A stretch of DNA of 64,000 nt from Eledone cirrhosa (Eukaryota), in contig OZ024744.1 of assembly GCA_964016885.1 (NCBI GenBank), positions 120,962,001-121,026,000 of the forward strand, read 5' to 3'. The notes beneath the pieces are model-generated. The model was not told where the DNA came from, did not search any database, and saw only the letters and a list, made by a program, of their open reading frames with translations. Below are positions 44,442 through 54,581 of this stretch, piece after piece. How positions within the stretch are numbered: position 1 is the first letter of the stretch; the number at the start of each line of letters is the position of its first letter. The position numbers and the translations under genes are program-made.

Positions 44442-44815
44442 GGGAATTTGAAATATTTTTATTTTCTGTGACCCCAGTCCCATTTCTTTTCTGACACAGA
44501 TTCTATATTATTCCAACCACACTGAATAAGTGATTAGAGGCTAATTAACAGTCTTCAGTTTAATTGAAAATGACTTTCTAAACACACTATAAGTATATAT
44601 ATATATATATATATATTTATTAAAATAACAGATTATTATTACTATATATATATATATATATTAGGATTGGTGCTCTGAAATGACGATGTATACATGAACG
44701 TATGTATTTGGCAATATACGGTATGTTTAATTAAAAACATTTAGAAGACAATACGCTATCAGTTTTAAAGTAGTGACTATGTCACTTACTTCTTTTCGGC
44801 GAAATAAGGGAGAGA

Positions 44816-44857
44816 AGCTGACAGTCTTTTTCACACTGGTTGGCGATCATCAGAGCC
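44816..44857 (-). ncRNA. Minimal type I hammerhead-like motif (Penelope pLTR type, degenerate stem III)
   Basis: Minus strand GGCT-CTGATGA-TCGCcaaccaGTGT-GAAA-aagactGTC-AGCT. The core is intact, stem I is GGCT/AGCT and the cleavage triplet is GUC; position 15.2 is mismatched. Confidence 0.5.
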
Positions 44858-44945
44858 ACGTACTCCCCTGCTTTCCCCGAAAATTATAGAAGCTGGATTC
44901 TTATAGAATTCCAGTAATAATCAGGAGTTGATTAAACAGCGATTG

Positions 44946-44976
44946 CCGGTCTACCCTTCGGGTGGTTTTCTGCTAG
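44946..44976 (+). mobile_element. Possible Helitron-like 3' end (hairpin followed by CTAG)
   Basis: CTACC-cttcg-GGTGG hairpin, followed 7 nt later by CTAG (44973-44976). Confidence 0.3.
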
Positions 44977-45092
44977 CATTTGTAGTGTGCATATTGATAT
45001 TATACGCAGGTATATATACATGTAGATATGATACATCAAATAAAATCGTAATTGACAATATATAATTTTTCTACGTTTGGCACAAGGCCACC

Positions 45093-45180
45093 AAATACCC
45101 AGTGCATTACTGGTACTTTATTTTATCGACCTCGTAAGGATGAAAGGCAAAGTTAACCTCGGAGGGAAGAAATTGAACCA
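45093..45180 (-). mobile_element. SINE central-domain fragment
   Basis: Reverse complement ...GAGGTTAACTTTGCCTTTCATCCTTACGAGGTCGATAAAATAAAGTACCAG resembles a conserved SINE central domain (Meta/Sauria-like). Recognised from memory of the family, not by search. Confidence 0.55.
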
Positions 45181-45533
45181 AGACTGCGTTACACTGTCTT
45201 ATGTAATCAGTAACGTAATCCATGATACATTAAAAAAGACGATATTATATAAAAACTGCATTAGGAGAAAATTAGTGACAGAAAATTAGTATGTTTATTT
45301 AAGTGATGGCCAACCGGAAGTGTTGACATTTCAGAAATTTTAAAGAAGTGAATCTTTAAATAATTAAAATATATTTAATCAACAGCCACAAAATTTAGTA
45401 GATAAATTATGTAATATTCATTAATTATTTATTCAGAGTAATCCAACTTATTTTATGAACGGGATAAAAAATTATAAACCGTACGCAATCCCGCACTTCT
45501 TTCTTTATTATAATTTTTCAGATTTAGAAGACC

Positions 45534-45564
<31 letters not shown>

Positions 45565-46204
45565 GGGGGGGGGGGGTGTTTGTGTGTGTGTGTGTGTGTA
45601 TCTATCTATATATGTGTATGTATGTATAGATATATGTATATGTGTGTGAATGTATGTGTATATGTGTATATATATGTATATCTATGTGTATGTATGTGTA
45701 TACGTGTGTACATGTGTATATATGTGTGTGTATGAGTATATATGTATATATATGTTTATGTGTATAAGATATAAACTTATATGCACATACTATGTTTAGC
45801 AAATCATTTTCAATTAAGCTGAAGGCAGTTATGTGTATATGTGTATGTATGAGAGTGTGTGTGTGTATGTATGTATGTATGTATTATGTATGTATGTATG
45901 TATGTATGTATGTATGTATGTATGTGTGTTCGTATGTGTATATATGTGTGTATGTGTATATGTGTCTATGTGTATATATGTGTGTGTGTGTATATATGGG
46001 TACGTATGTGTATATATGTGTGTGTGTATGTAAATATGAGTATGTATGTTTATATATGTGTGTGTGTATGCATATATGGGTATGTATGTGTATATATGTG
46101 TCTGTATCTGTATATATGTGTCTGTATGTATATATGGGTATGTATGTGTATATATGTGTGTGTATGTATATGTATGTGTATGTATATGTATGAGTGTGAG
46201 TATG

Positions 46205-46238
<34 letters not shown>

Positions 46239-46240
46239 CA
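45534..46240. repeat. Compound (TA)/(TG)/(TATG) microsatellite
   Basis: Seen directly. It explains the C/V/Y/M-rich ORFs in the track. Confidence 0.95.
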
Positions 46241-46284
46241 TGGTTCTATATATTAGTTTGCAACAATTAATACTTTGTGGCTGT

Positions 46285-48216
46285 TTATCTTCCATGTGCC
46301 AGAGAGGAGGATGGGAATGTATGCAAGTCTACAAAGCTGACAGGTTTTTTACATTCTTCCTCTCCAGATATTTCAATACAGGAATTCCAATAGTGTTTAC
46401 TGAGAGAGAACCTAGCAGAATATTGATATATATTAAACAACAGCTGGTATATAGCCACCCTGTTGGGTGTATATTGTAGAGCTTCTAACAACCTTTCTTC
46501 AGCTTTGTCATACAGACCAAACGAATACAACAAGTGGCCTTCATGAACTAAAATGTCGCTAACAGTTGAGTTACTTTCTGATATAGATGGAAGCTGCTTC
46601 AAGAAAGAAACAAACTTTTTCTTTTTCTCATTCTTTGACTTTATAGTCTTCACTTTCTTCAACACTTTTATGGTGCCTGATTGAAAAACTAACTTAAAAC
46701 CAAAATTAATAAATTTTCGAAAGTTTTTAACAATAAGATAATTATAAACGCTATCGTCGTTACTAACGAGTCGTTTCATTAAATATGGATGGTTGTATAT
46801 TGAAACATAATCTGATATATTAGATAATGCACTGACTTGGGTTCTTTGGTTTAAATTACCACTTTTTAACGAACCAAACTGATATTTTATAGAGACCCTA
46901 GAGTCTTTACTGAACTCGTAAAACTCTGTGTGAATGAGAGAAAAGAGAGGCACATCTTTGTGAAGAAGACTATAAGCTCCACTGAAAAATAAGCTTTCGT
47001 CTAAAAATACACCTGTCACATTGTCTTGAAGGTGAACGTAATATAAACAGGGGTTAATGTTTCCAGATTCAAAATTGTTTAAATATGACCAATTAGCAAT
47101 AGACTTGCCGCTGGGGAAGAGATCCCATTGCTGTTTAACATAAACTAACAGAAATAATACTACACCTGAGTTTAAAACATTCTTCCATGACGTAGATAAT
47201 ACTTTTGAACAATATATACAACATAGCATAGTTCTCAGTGTACTGGCGTAGACTATTAATATAAGCACGACAAAGTTGTGCAAAAATCTCATTTCTTTGT
47301 GTCCCTTTAACGAGAAGGAAATGAAGACAATAATAGCAGAGAAAGCAAGGAATAAAGATGTGTTTGTACAGTGATGTATGAGAATATTTGATGTTTTAAA
47401 CTTTTTAACTGTAACTATTGTGAGTAACAGGAATGTTAAAAACAGCAGCAAAATCATGGCAGCATTGTGAAATAAGATGTTTGTAAAATAAAATGTAATG
47501 TTAAATTCACCAAAGAACGTGTTGGAGTTATTTGAAAATACATTAAAGAGGAACCACTGTTTTGGACTTATAAAAAAATGACCGTAGCTATAATAGTCAT
47601 CAGTCGCTCCTGAACCAATTCCCAAGAGAACACCTATAGTAATGACTATAAATTGTAGAGAAAATAACCTCCTCCACTTGGAAATGTACCAAAATAATAT
47701 CGGACAAAAAATAGCCGCATAGAAAACAAGCAGATCAATGCGGATATATAGAAGAATACCAATCAAAATTCCATTGCCAAAGTTTCTCAGATTCTTTCTA
47801 ATTATCTCTCTATTATAACTCTTTCCTGTGTTGTCTTTGACTCTGGAACCTTCCTTATTAGAAAACTGTTGAGAAATTCTATATTGATCATTATTATTCC
47901 AGGAAACCTTTGTATTGTCTGTGATATTCCTGGTTCTACTTCCATTAACTGGTTCTCTTATGCTGTTATATCTTGTATAGAAACAAGAAAGATCGGAACA
48001 AAGAGGTCTCCAGATTATTGACAATGAGAGAAATACTAACGGGGATAGAAAACTTGAGGTCAGCGTGTGTGTGCCAAAAACAGACAAGTGGACAGAAAAT
48101 GCCACCAGGATGCTAGATATAACAGCTAAATCATGTGACTTGTAAGCTTCTTTAGAAAATTTATAGACACTCAACGGTAGGAAAGAGGTGATGGTGGCAT
48201 GTACAGTCTTCCATAT
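46285..48216 (-). CDS. Large terminal coding exon (643 codons) of a glycosyltransferase family 22 (PIG-B/ALG9-like) Dol-P-Man mannosyltransferase with a C-terminal TPR-like repeat
   Basis: Uninterrupted ORF with multiple hydrophobic segments. GT22 motifs: GTHTLTSS (cf. TRTLTN), YIRID, DYYSYGHFFISPKQWFLFNV...FFG...FYF, and SLKGHKEMRFL (HKExRF). TPR-like segment VHEGHLLYSFGLYDKAEERLLEALQYTPNRVAIYQLLFNIY. The TTG 'start' lies inside a polypyrimidine acceptor (TTTTTTTATCTTTGCAG|ATATGG), so the exon begins at 48216 in phase 0. Stop TAA at 46285-46287. Confidence 0.85.
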   Translation of the reverse strand: MWKTVHATITSFLPLSVYKFSKEAYKSHDLAVISSILVAFSVHLSVFGTHTLTSSFLSPLVFLSLSIIWRPLCSDLSCFYTRYNSIREPVNGSRTRNITDNTKVSWNNNDQYRISQQFSNKEGSRVKDNTGKSYNREIIRKNLRNFGNGILIGILLYIRIDLLVFYAAIFCPILFWYISKWRRLFSLQFIVITIGVLLGIGSGATDDYYSYGHFFISPKQWFLFNVFSNNSNTFFGEFNITFYFTNILFHNAAMILLLFLTFLLLTIVTVKKFKTSNILIHHCTNTSLFLAFSAIIVFISFSLKGHKEMRFLHNFVVLILIVYASTLRTMLCCIYCSKVLSTSWKNVLNSGVVLFLLVYVKQQWDLFPSGKSIANWSYLNNFESGNINPCLYYVHLQDNVTGVFLDESLFFSGAYSLLHKDVPLFSLIHTEFYEFSKDSRVSIKYQFGSLKSGNLNQRTQVSALSNISDYVSIYNHPYLMKRLVSNDDSVYNYLIVKNFRKFINFGFKLVFQSGTIKVLKKVKTIKSKNEKKKKFVSFLKQLPSISESNSTVSDILVHEGHLLYSFGLYDKAEERLLEALQYTPNRVAIYQLLFNIYQYSARFSLSKHYWNSCIEISGEEECKKPVSFVDLHTFPSSSLAHGR

Positions 48217-48234
48217 CTGCAAAGATAAAAAAAT
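48217..48234 (-). promoter_or_regulatory. 3' splice acceptor of the GT22 exon
   Basis: Minus strand TTTTTTTATCTTTGCAG lies immediately before codon ATA and in frame with the ORF. Confidence 0.75.
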
Positions 48235-48317
48235 ATATATATATATACATATAGAGGTAGAACACTGGAAGGTAATATCTGTAATGGTAGAGCACTCAGT
48301 CCATGGGACGAGTTAAG

Positions 48318-48374
48318 TAGAAGTGGTAACACAACAGTTAGTTCATGGTGAACTAACTGTTGTGTTATCACTTC

Positions 48375-48376
<2 letters not shown>
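48318..48376. repeat. Near-perfect hairpin with 28-bp arms (inverted remnant of a Penelope 3' end)
   Basis: TAGAAGTGGTAACACAACAGTTAGTTCA-tgg-TGAACTAACTGTTGTGTTATCACTTCTA. The arm matches 49684-49703. Confidence 0.85.
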
Positions 48377-48430
<54 letters not shown>

Positions 48431-48622
48431 ACAGACCCTCCATCTCAACTCACCTTTTGAAAAGCAGAAGAACTTACGAAACCGGTAAAGGAACCAAATA
48501 AATACATATATTTTTTTAAAAAATAAGACTTCAGTTGCATTTTCGATTTCATCTATTTTTCTTTATACTTTCACTCGTGTAGGACACCTCGGTTATTTTT
48601 CATTTTGTAAAAACAACCTCAC

Positions 48623-48653
<31 letters not shown>

Positions 48654-48658
48654 AAGGA

Positions 48659-48857
48659 TCGATCGACTTTCGTCAAATCGGACCGAGGAAACAATGTTTC
48701 CGTTGGTCTTTCCAATTGCTAATACTATCTATCTATCGGTCGCAACTTCAGGTAGAGTGAGCAACGTGAAATAAAGTGTCTTAGTCAAGGAAATAACGCA
48801 TCGCCCGGTCCAGCGACCGAACTCACAACCTCAAGATTGTGAATCCAATTCTCTAAG
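48659..48857 (-). mobile_element. tRNA-derived SINE, 5'-truncated (same family as 51511-51727)
   Basis: Close match to 51511-51710; B-box-like GAGTTCGGTC on the minus strand. Confidence 0.75.
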
Positions 48858-48876
48858 AGAGAGAGAGACAATAGAA

Positions 48877-49288
48877 TGAAACGAAATTTCATTTCTCACT
48901 CTTAGTACGGCAGTTACTTAAATGTAAGTATGTATGTATGTATACGTACATACATATATGTATACAGACGTACAGTAGTATGTATATATATACATACATG
49001 CACACACATATATATGCACGTATCGGTTTACCGAACATTTATTATAATGCTCGGTTTGTTTGTAAACAAACAAACAGCCCGAATTGAAGCTTGAAACTAG
49101 TACATGGTTCCTGTGTCAGTGTTGAACAAAAAGGTGACGTGGTTGCCTAAACCGAGCATTATAATAAATGTTCGGTAAACCGATACGTGCATATATATGT
49201 GTGTGCATGGATATATATATATATATATACATACTACTGTACGTCTGTATACATATATGTATGTACGTATACATACATACATACTTAC

Positions 49289-49290
<2 letters not shown>
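48877..49290. mobile_element. Inverted plus direct partial copy of the ~425-bp hammerhead-bearing repeat
   Basis: 48877-49085 is the reverse complement of the unit at 61260-61470. The direct part begins with AAGCTTGAAACTAGTACA, the 3' half of the hammerhead. Confidence 0.85.
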
Positions 49291-49321
<31 letters not shown>

Positions 49322-49327
49322 CACATT

Positions 49328-49632
49328 GAGAGTGAGGAAAATGTGAAGTTGTTTATCAACAAAGCTGGAATACATATTTCAATGACAATCTTGGACACTT
49401 GGTTATTTAACCATTACTGTGATCTCATCAGATAGGAAAATTGAGTAAAAGGTTACGTTTCCGAGGCAATCCTAGATGCAAGGGAGTGGACTAACGTAAC
49501 CTTTTACTCAATGTTGCTGTCTGATGAGATCACGGTAATGGTTAAATAATCAAGTGTGCAAGATTGTCATTGAAATATCTATCACAGCTTTGTTGATAAA
49601 CGACTCTCATCTACAACTTCACATTTTTCTCA
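49328..49632. mobile_element. Inverted-repeat Penelope pLTR-like remnant with hammerhead motif (49516-49588, +)
   Basis: Arms at ~49328-49434 and ~49518-49632. The plus arm reads GCTGT-CTGATGA-GATCAC...GTCATT-GAAA-TATCTA-TC-ACAGC. Confidence 0.7.
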
Positions 49633-49646
49633 TCCCCCCCCCCCAC

Positions 49647-49679
<33 letters not shown>

Positions 49680-49682
49680 ACT

Positions 49683-50765
49683 GGTTACACAACAGTTAGT
49701 TCACCATACCCAGAACAATTGTTTCACCTTAGCGGATCCTCAGCTCGTAATGGACATGGTTATACGGAACAGGAAGGACAACCGTACGAACGCGCATGCG
49801 CAGAAACGATCACTTCACACAGGCAATACTAAATTGCGTGCGAGAGATGTAAGGGAGATAACTGCGAAAATTCGAAAGTTTCTAGTTGATAAGAAAATTA
49901 CGATGTTGTAATTCAATCCGAAACTTTGTAGGTATGTTTCCAGACGTGTGAAAAATTCATTCCTCGTGTTTAGGCAATCACTATTGCGTAATCTCTTTAG
50001 AATATTTATTCGTTCATCAATACATAGTCCACACGACGGATTGCCCCTTGCGTATGGCTTGGACTTGGTGATGGCTTTCCATTGAATGGAGTAGCCTATA
50101 CTTGAGTCCTTGAGGGACCATACGTGGCTTTCGAGTTTCGTGGATGAACGTCTGTCCGGGTACCTAAAGGTCGACTGGTGGTTCAGGAAGCGTTCCTTAA
50201 ATCGGCCCTCCGCCATACCCACATAGGATTTGACCTCCTGTGGTTGATTTGGTCGGTTGGAAGTGACCACAGCTTCATAAACTACAGCGGGTGTGTTTCA
50301 TTGCTGTTGAAGGGGACAAGCTTCGGGCTTACGGCAAGAGCACCCTGGGCTGCTGGTAATGTGGGCCTTCATGTTCTTAGCGCAGGAGTATCCTAGTTTT
50401 ACTTTGTGTCAGTTAAAGATGGAACGGTATTTATGACCTATGGGAAAGTGTCTATCTAAGAAGGCTAGACATTTTTTGTCTACATTGGTTTTAACGTTGA
50501 GTGAGAAGGGAGGAGAGAACCAGATAGTTTGTCTATTGTTACGCTTTCTTTTCTTATTGCTGTTGTTGTTAGTGGGAGAGTAAGTGATAGGTTGCGAGAA
50601 GCCGCTGTTAGCTAACGCCGTGTTATAGTAGGGTGCCGCCCTGTCAAATATAGCCTTATTAGAGGATAGGTTTGAGATTCTAGTACTGATATTATTTACG
50701 AAGTTTCTAAAAACACTGGGAGGGTGGCATGAGTCCTTGTGAATGTAATTGAGTTTTTCGTTTAT
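49683..50765 (-). mobile_element. Penelope-like element 3' fragment (RT thumb, linker, GIY-YIG endonuclease), pseudogenised, with pLTR
   Basis: The two track ORFs share one frame broken by TGA at 50409-50411 and 50298-50300. Motifs: YIHKDSCHPP, IWFSPPFS, CSCRKPEACPL, YVGMAEGRFKERFLNH, CGLCIDER, LNTRNE. Downstream hammerhead-like CTGAGGA-TCCgctaaGGT-GAAACAATTGTT at 49704-49753. Confidence 0.85.
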
Positions 50766-50852
50766 ATATAGTTGAGTATAATGGTAGCTATGGTGCTTCC
50801 ATAGGCGGTATGCCAAAATTAGCACTCGATATTCAGCAGAGTAGAGTGCAGA

Positions 50853-51233
<381 letters not shown>

Positions 51234-51510
51234 CACAGAGCGAGAGAGGTGTAGTCATAAAGTAGTTTTATGGCTACATTATGACTACACTTCTCTCTCT
51301 ATACACAGGATTTCATTATCCAGTCTCCTTCTCAGCAAGGAAGATCGAAAAAACTTACCTCTTAATTTTAAATCTTTAATAGTTAGTTTTTAATTCTTTT
51401 TTAATTGTAATACTCAACATTTACTAATACATCGAAAACAGTAATACTTTATATACATTATATACATTGTATACTTTATATACATTATATATATATATAT
51501 ATATATCTCA

Positions 51511-51727
51511 GCGATCGACTTTCGTCAAATCGGACCAAGGAAACAATGTTTCCGCTGGTCTTTCCAGTTGCTAATACTATCTATCGGTCGCAACTCCAGG
51601 TAGAAGGAGCAATGTGAAATAAAGTGCCTTGCTCAAGGACATAACGCATCGCCCGGTCCAGGAAAGGAATCGAACTCACAACCTCAAGATTGTGAATCCA
51701 ATTCTCTAACCACTCAGCCACACGCCT
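51511..51727 (-). mobile_element. tRNA-derived SINE, near full length
   Basis: Minus strand GGCGTGTGGCTGAGTGGTTAG (A box) ... GAGTTCGATTCC (B box), then GTCCTTGAGCAAGGCACTTTA, and a 3' module ending at (TA)n. Confidence 0.8.
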
Positions 51728-51927
<200 letters not shown>

Positions 51928-52039
51928 TAATTGTATATATAATTATAAATAAGATAAGGGTAATATTGTATATTATTCGATGACCAGTAAGATAAGTAGC
52001 CCAATGTAAAATATCAGATATAATATAGACCAGGAATAC

Positions 52040-52515
52040 AACATAAATAACAATCAAATTGTGTTTAAGGCATTTCATTGCATACGATCGTTTCATCCAG
52101 ATATAAGTCTGGCCTCTTCGGATTCATCTTAATATTCTTGATATAATATTCTTGCTACAATATGTTTGTTATGGTATTCTTATATAAATAATAATTCTTA
52201 TAGATACCTCACAATACTTATATTGTGATAAGTAATAATCCTTATATATACCATATACCTCATAATACAGCTTTAATACAAATTTTCTTTATAATATTTT
52301 ATTACTATCTTTTCATTATAATGTTCTGATATTGCAACTGACACTAATAATTATAATTAGTCCTCTTACATATAATGTATCTTAATGAATGTTCTAACTG
52401 ATTAGGAATTTATTTATTTAAACATTTTATATGCTCTGAAGAAACCATACATATGTCTGGGAGAAACGATCGTAGCAATTAAATGCCTTAAACACAATTT
52501 GACTGTTATTTATGT
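52040..52515. mobile_element. Inverted pLTR-like element, each arm with a decayed minimal hammerhead
   Basis: Arms at ~52040-52122 and ~52436-52515. The plus arm is TGCT-CTGAAGA-...-GAAACGATCGT-AGCA (H17 missing). The minus arm is CCGAAGA-GGCCAGA...TCTGGAT-GAAACGATCGTA. Confidence 0.65.
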
Positions 52516-52632
52516 TCTATATATATATATCAACAGGCGATCGACATTTGTCAAATCGGACCGAGGAAACAATGTTTCCGTTGGTCTTTGCAATTGCTAA
52601 TACAATGGCCGTCGGGGTCAAACATTTTCCTA

Positions 52633-52771
52633 TACATGACCACTTTACAGTGTGTACTGGGTAACTTTTACTGTGCCACTTACATGTCCACTTCACAGAC
52701 TGGACTGAGCACTTTTTGCCGTGACACCTACTTGACCACTTTACAGTGGGTACTGAGTACTTTTTGTTGTG
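52633..52771. repeat. About three copies of the 48-bp minisatellite unit
   Basis: TACATGACCACTTTACAGTGTGTACTGGGT... is the same unit as in 56430-58850. Confidence 0.85.
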
Positions 52772-52927
52772 AAAGAAGGGAGATCGTCCTAACCTGTTCC
52801 TTTTATAGGGTCTGACCGGAAGTGACCAACAGGGTTCTATCACCCCCAAAGGGAAGCAACTCCAGCTACTTCCTGTCTAGAGAGCGGTGGTGAGATTGTC
52901 ATGACAAGGGAGGCAACTCTTGCTACA
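52772..52927 (-). mobile_element. Possible LTR fragment
   Basis: The minus strand starts TGTAGCAAG, is relatively GC-rich and contains TATA-like CTATAAAAG. Confidence 0.4.
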
Positions 52928-53255
52928 TGCCTATCTATCTGCCTATACATGTGTGTATGTACACACACAGCACACATGTGTGTGTGTCAGTGTAATATAT
53001 GCTATTTACAAGTAATAAAGTGAGAAAAGAAAACAAAAGGAAAAGAAAAACAGAAAAGAAGCTCCCAAGAGATGCAAACCTTGTATTTATCTCATTTGGG
53101 ATGACTATATTACCAATTATTGCAAAAAAAAAACTGCCTGCTGTCTCTTCCTGTCAAATATAGCTATATAAATGTTGTTTTCACCAGTATAAACAAACAT
53201 TTCTACCTTGCCACATATCACATGAATAAAGGTAAGGGAAAGGAGCCCATCAATA

Positions 53256-53535
53256 AATCAGACCAAGGAAACAATGTTTCTATTGGTCTTTCTATTACTG
53301 ATACTATCTGTCAGTCACAACTCCTGACAGAAGAAAGGGGCTGATCATCAGATCAGACCAAGCAAACAATGTTTCTATTGGTCTTTCTATTGTTTGATAC
53401 TATCTGTCAGTCACAATTCCTGGCAGAAGGAACAACAATAAACTCTCTTGTTCAAGCATAGAACAATTTGCCTCGTCCAGGAATCAAGCTCACAACCTCA
53501 CATTTGTGAATAACTCTTTAACCATTTAGTCACAC
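53256..53535 (-). mobile_element. Diverged tRNA-SINE with a tandemly duplicated 3' module
   Basis: ATCAGACCAAGGAAACAATGTTTCTATTGGTC occurs twice (~53257 and ~53352), followed by a diverged tRNA-like head ending at ~53535. Confidence 0.6.
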
Positions 53536-53625
53536 ACATGTGTTAAGTGGAATAGGGATGAGGAAAAGATTATGGTAATTTTCTTTTAGCACTCGGTGGA
53601 TATCATGTAGGTGCACAGAACTGGA

Positions 53626-53882
53626 ATCATCACCATCACCATAACCATCAACATCACCATCATCAGCATCACCATCATCACCATCACCATCAACTTCATC
53701 ACCAACACCATCATCATCATCATCATTAACATCACCATCAACATCACCACCACCATCACCATCACCATCACCATCATCACCATCACCTCCATCATCATCA
53801 CTATCACCATCATCATCTCCATCATCATCACCACCACCATCATCCCAATCATCATCTACACCATCATCATAGTCATCATCAT
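53626..53882. repeat. (CAT/CAC)n microsatellite, the expanded (GAT)n tail of the adjacent minus-strand SINE
   Basis: It abuts ATTTAACATCTAGTTTCCATGCTAACATG. It produces the D/G-rich and M/V-rich artefact ORFs. Confidence 0.9.
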
Positions 53883-54100
53883 TTAACATCTAGTTTCCAT
53901 GCTAACATGAGTTAGAAGTGTCTTATCATACTCATACAGAACTGTTTCTGGATTGGTTTCTAAGGCTGGATGTCCTTTCTATAGGGTGGGCATGGTGCTT
54001 TTTTTTGTCTCAGCAACATACTCAATTTATAGTGTGGACTGGGTATGTTTTCTCATGTCACCAAAACAATCACATTGCAGGATGGACAAAGTGCTTTTTC
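53883..54100 (-). mobile_element. RTE-tail SINE-like fragment
   Basis: Minus-strand 3' end CATGTTAGCATGGAAACTAGATGTTAAATGATGATG, homologous to 54462-54498 on the plus strand. Confidence 0.55.
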
Positions 54101-54124
54101 AGATGACCTGAAATTATGTTTTAA

Positions 54125-54330
54125 CCCGTTAGTATTTAAACCAGCCATATCCGGCCAGAATTCTCTCACCTCTTTCTGTTCAAACTGGTTGCAACCAGCT
54201 GCCTCATACCGACATTAAGGTATTGTTCTCAAAATAAATATCAAAATCTCATAGATTTGATATTATGTGAGGTAAAGTGTTTACTGTGAAAATACAATAA
54301 TAAATATAGAGTAATGTGAATGCTAAAGGG
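54125..54330. mobile_element. piggyBac-type MITE (degenerate)
   Basis: TTAA|CCCGTTAGTATT ... AATGCTAAAGGG|TTTAA gives 12-bp imperfect TIRs with TTAA-like target sites. Confidence 0.6.
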
Positions 54331-54349
54331 TTTAAAGACATACATTTTT

Positions 54350-54500
54350 CAAGACACCCAGTTCACACTGAAAATGTGATTGGCGTTAATAAGGAATCAA
54401 GCAATAGAAACCAAACCAGAAGCAGGGTCATCTGAGTTGACTTGATCACAATGGGACAACTCATCTAACCCATGCTAGCATGGAAAATGAATGTTAAATC
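54350..54500 (+). mobile_element. RTE-tail SINE-like fragment
   Basis: CACCCAGTTCACACTG...TTGGCGTTA...CATCTAACCCATGCTAGCATGGAAAATGAATGTTAAAT. Confidence 0.55.
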
Positions 54501-54581
54501 GTCAATGGAGTAATGTAACACGATAGAGTGCATAGATCAGAGAGTTGCTCCAGATAGATGCTCTAGGTAGAGCCGTTACTT
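54501..54581 (+). mobile_element. Second, diverged RTE-LINE fragment leading into the inverted satellite
   Basis: Its reverse complement aligns with 44318-44391 (AGTAxxGGCTCTACC, GGAGxAACTCTCTGATCT, CACTxTATC, TTAxTCCAxxGAC). It translates VNGVM*HDRVH / IRELLQ / VEPLL. Confidence 0.8.

Noticed and set aside
45310-45330. ETS-like CCGGAAGT motif as a promoter
   Set aside because: It is a single 8-mer with no associated exon or other supporting element.
45455-46479. C/V/Y/M-rich ORFs
   Set aside because: These are translations of TA/TG microsatellites; the longest also overlaps the antisense of the real exon.
48220-48222. TTG start codon of the 645-aa ORF
   Set aside because: It lies in the splice-acceptor tract, and the protein lacks the GT22 N-terminus.
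48445-48456. AG|GTGAGT donor on the minus strand as the end of the missing upstream exon
   Set aside because: The preceding sequence is AT-rich, overlaps a decayed pLTR hammerhead and shows no GT22 motifs.
51655-51727. tRNA gene
   Set aside because: It has A/B boxes but no acceptor stem, and it continues into a SINE body.
53530-53889. Asp/Gly-rich biomineralisation-like protein
   Set aside because: It is a translation of a (GAT/GGT)n tail expansion with all frames open and no signal peptide or exon context.
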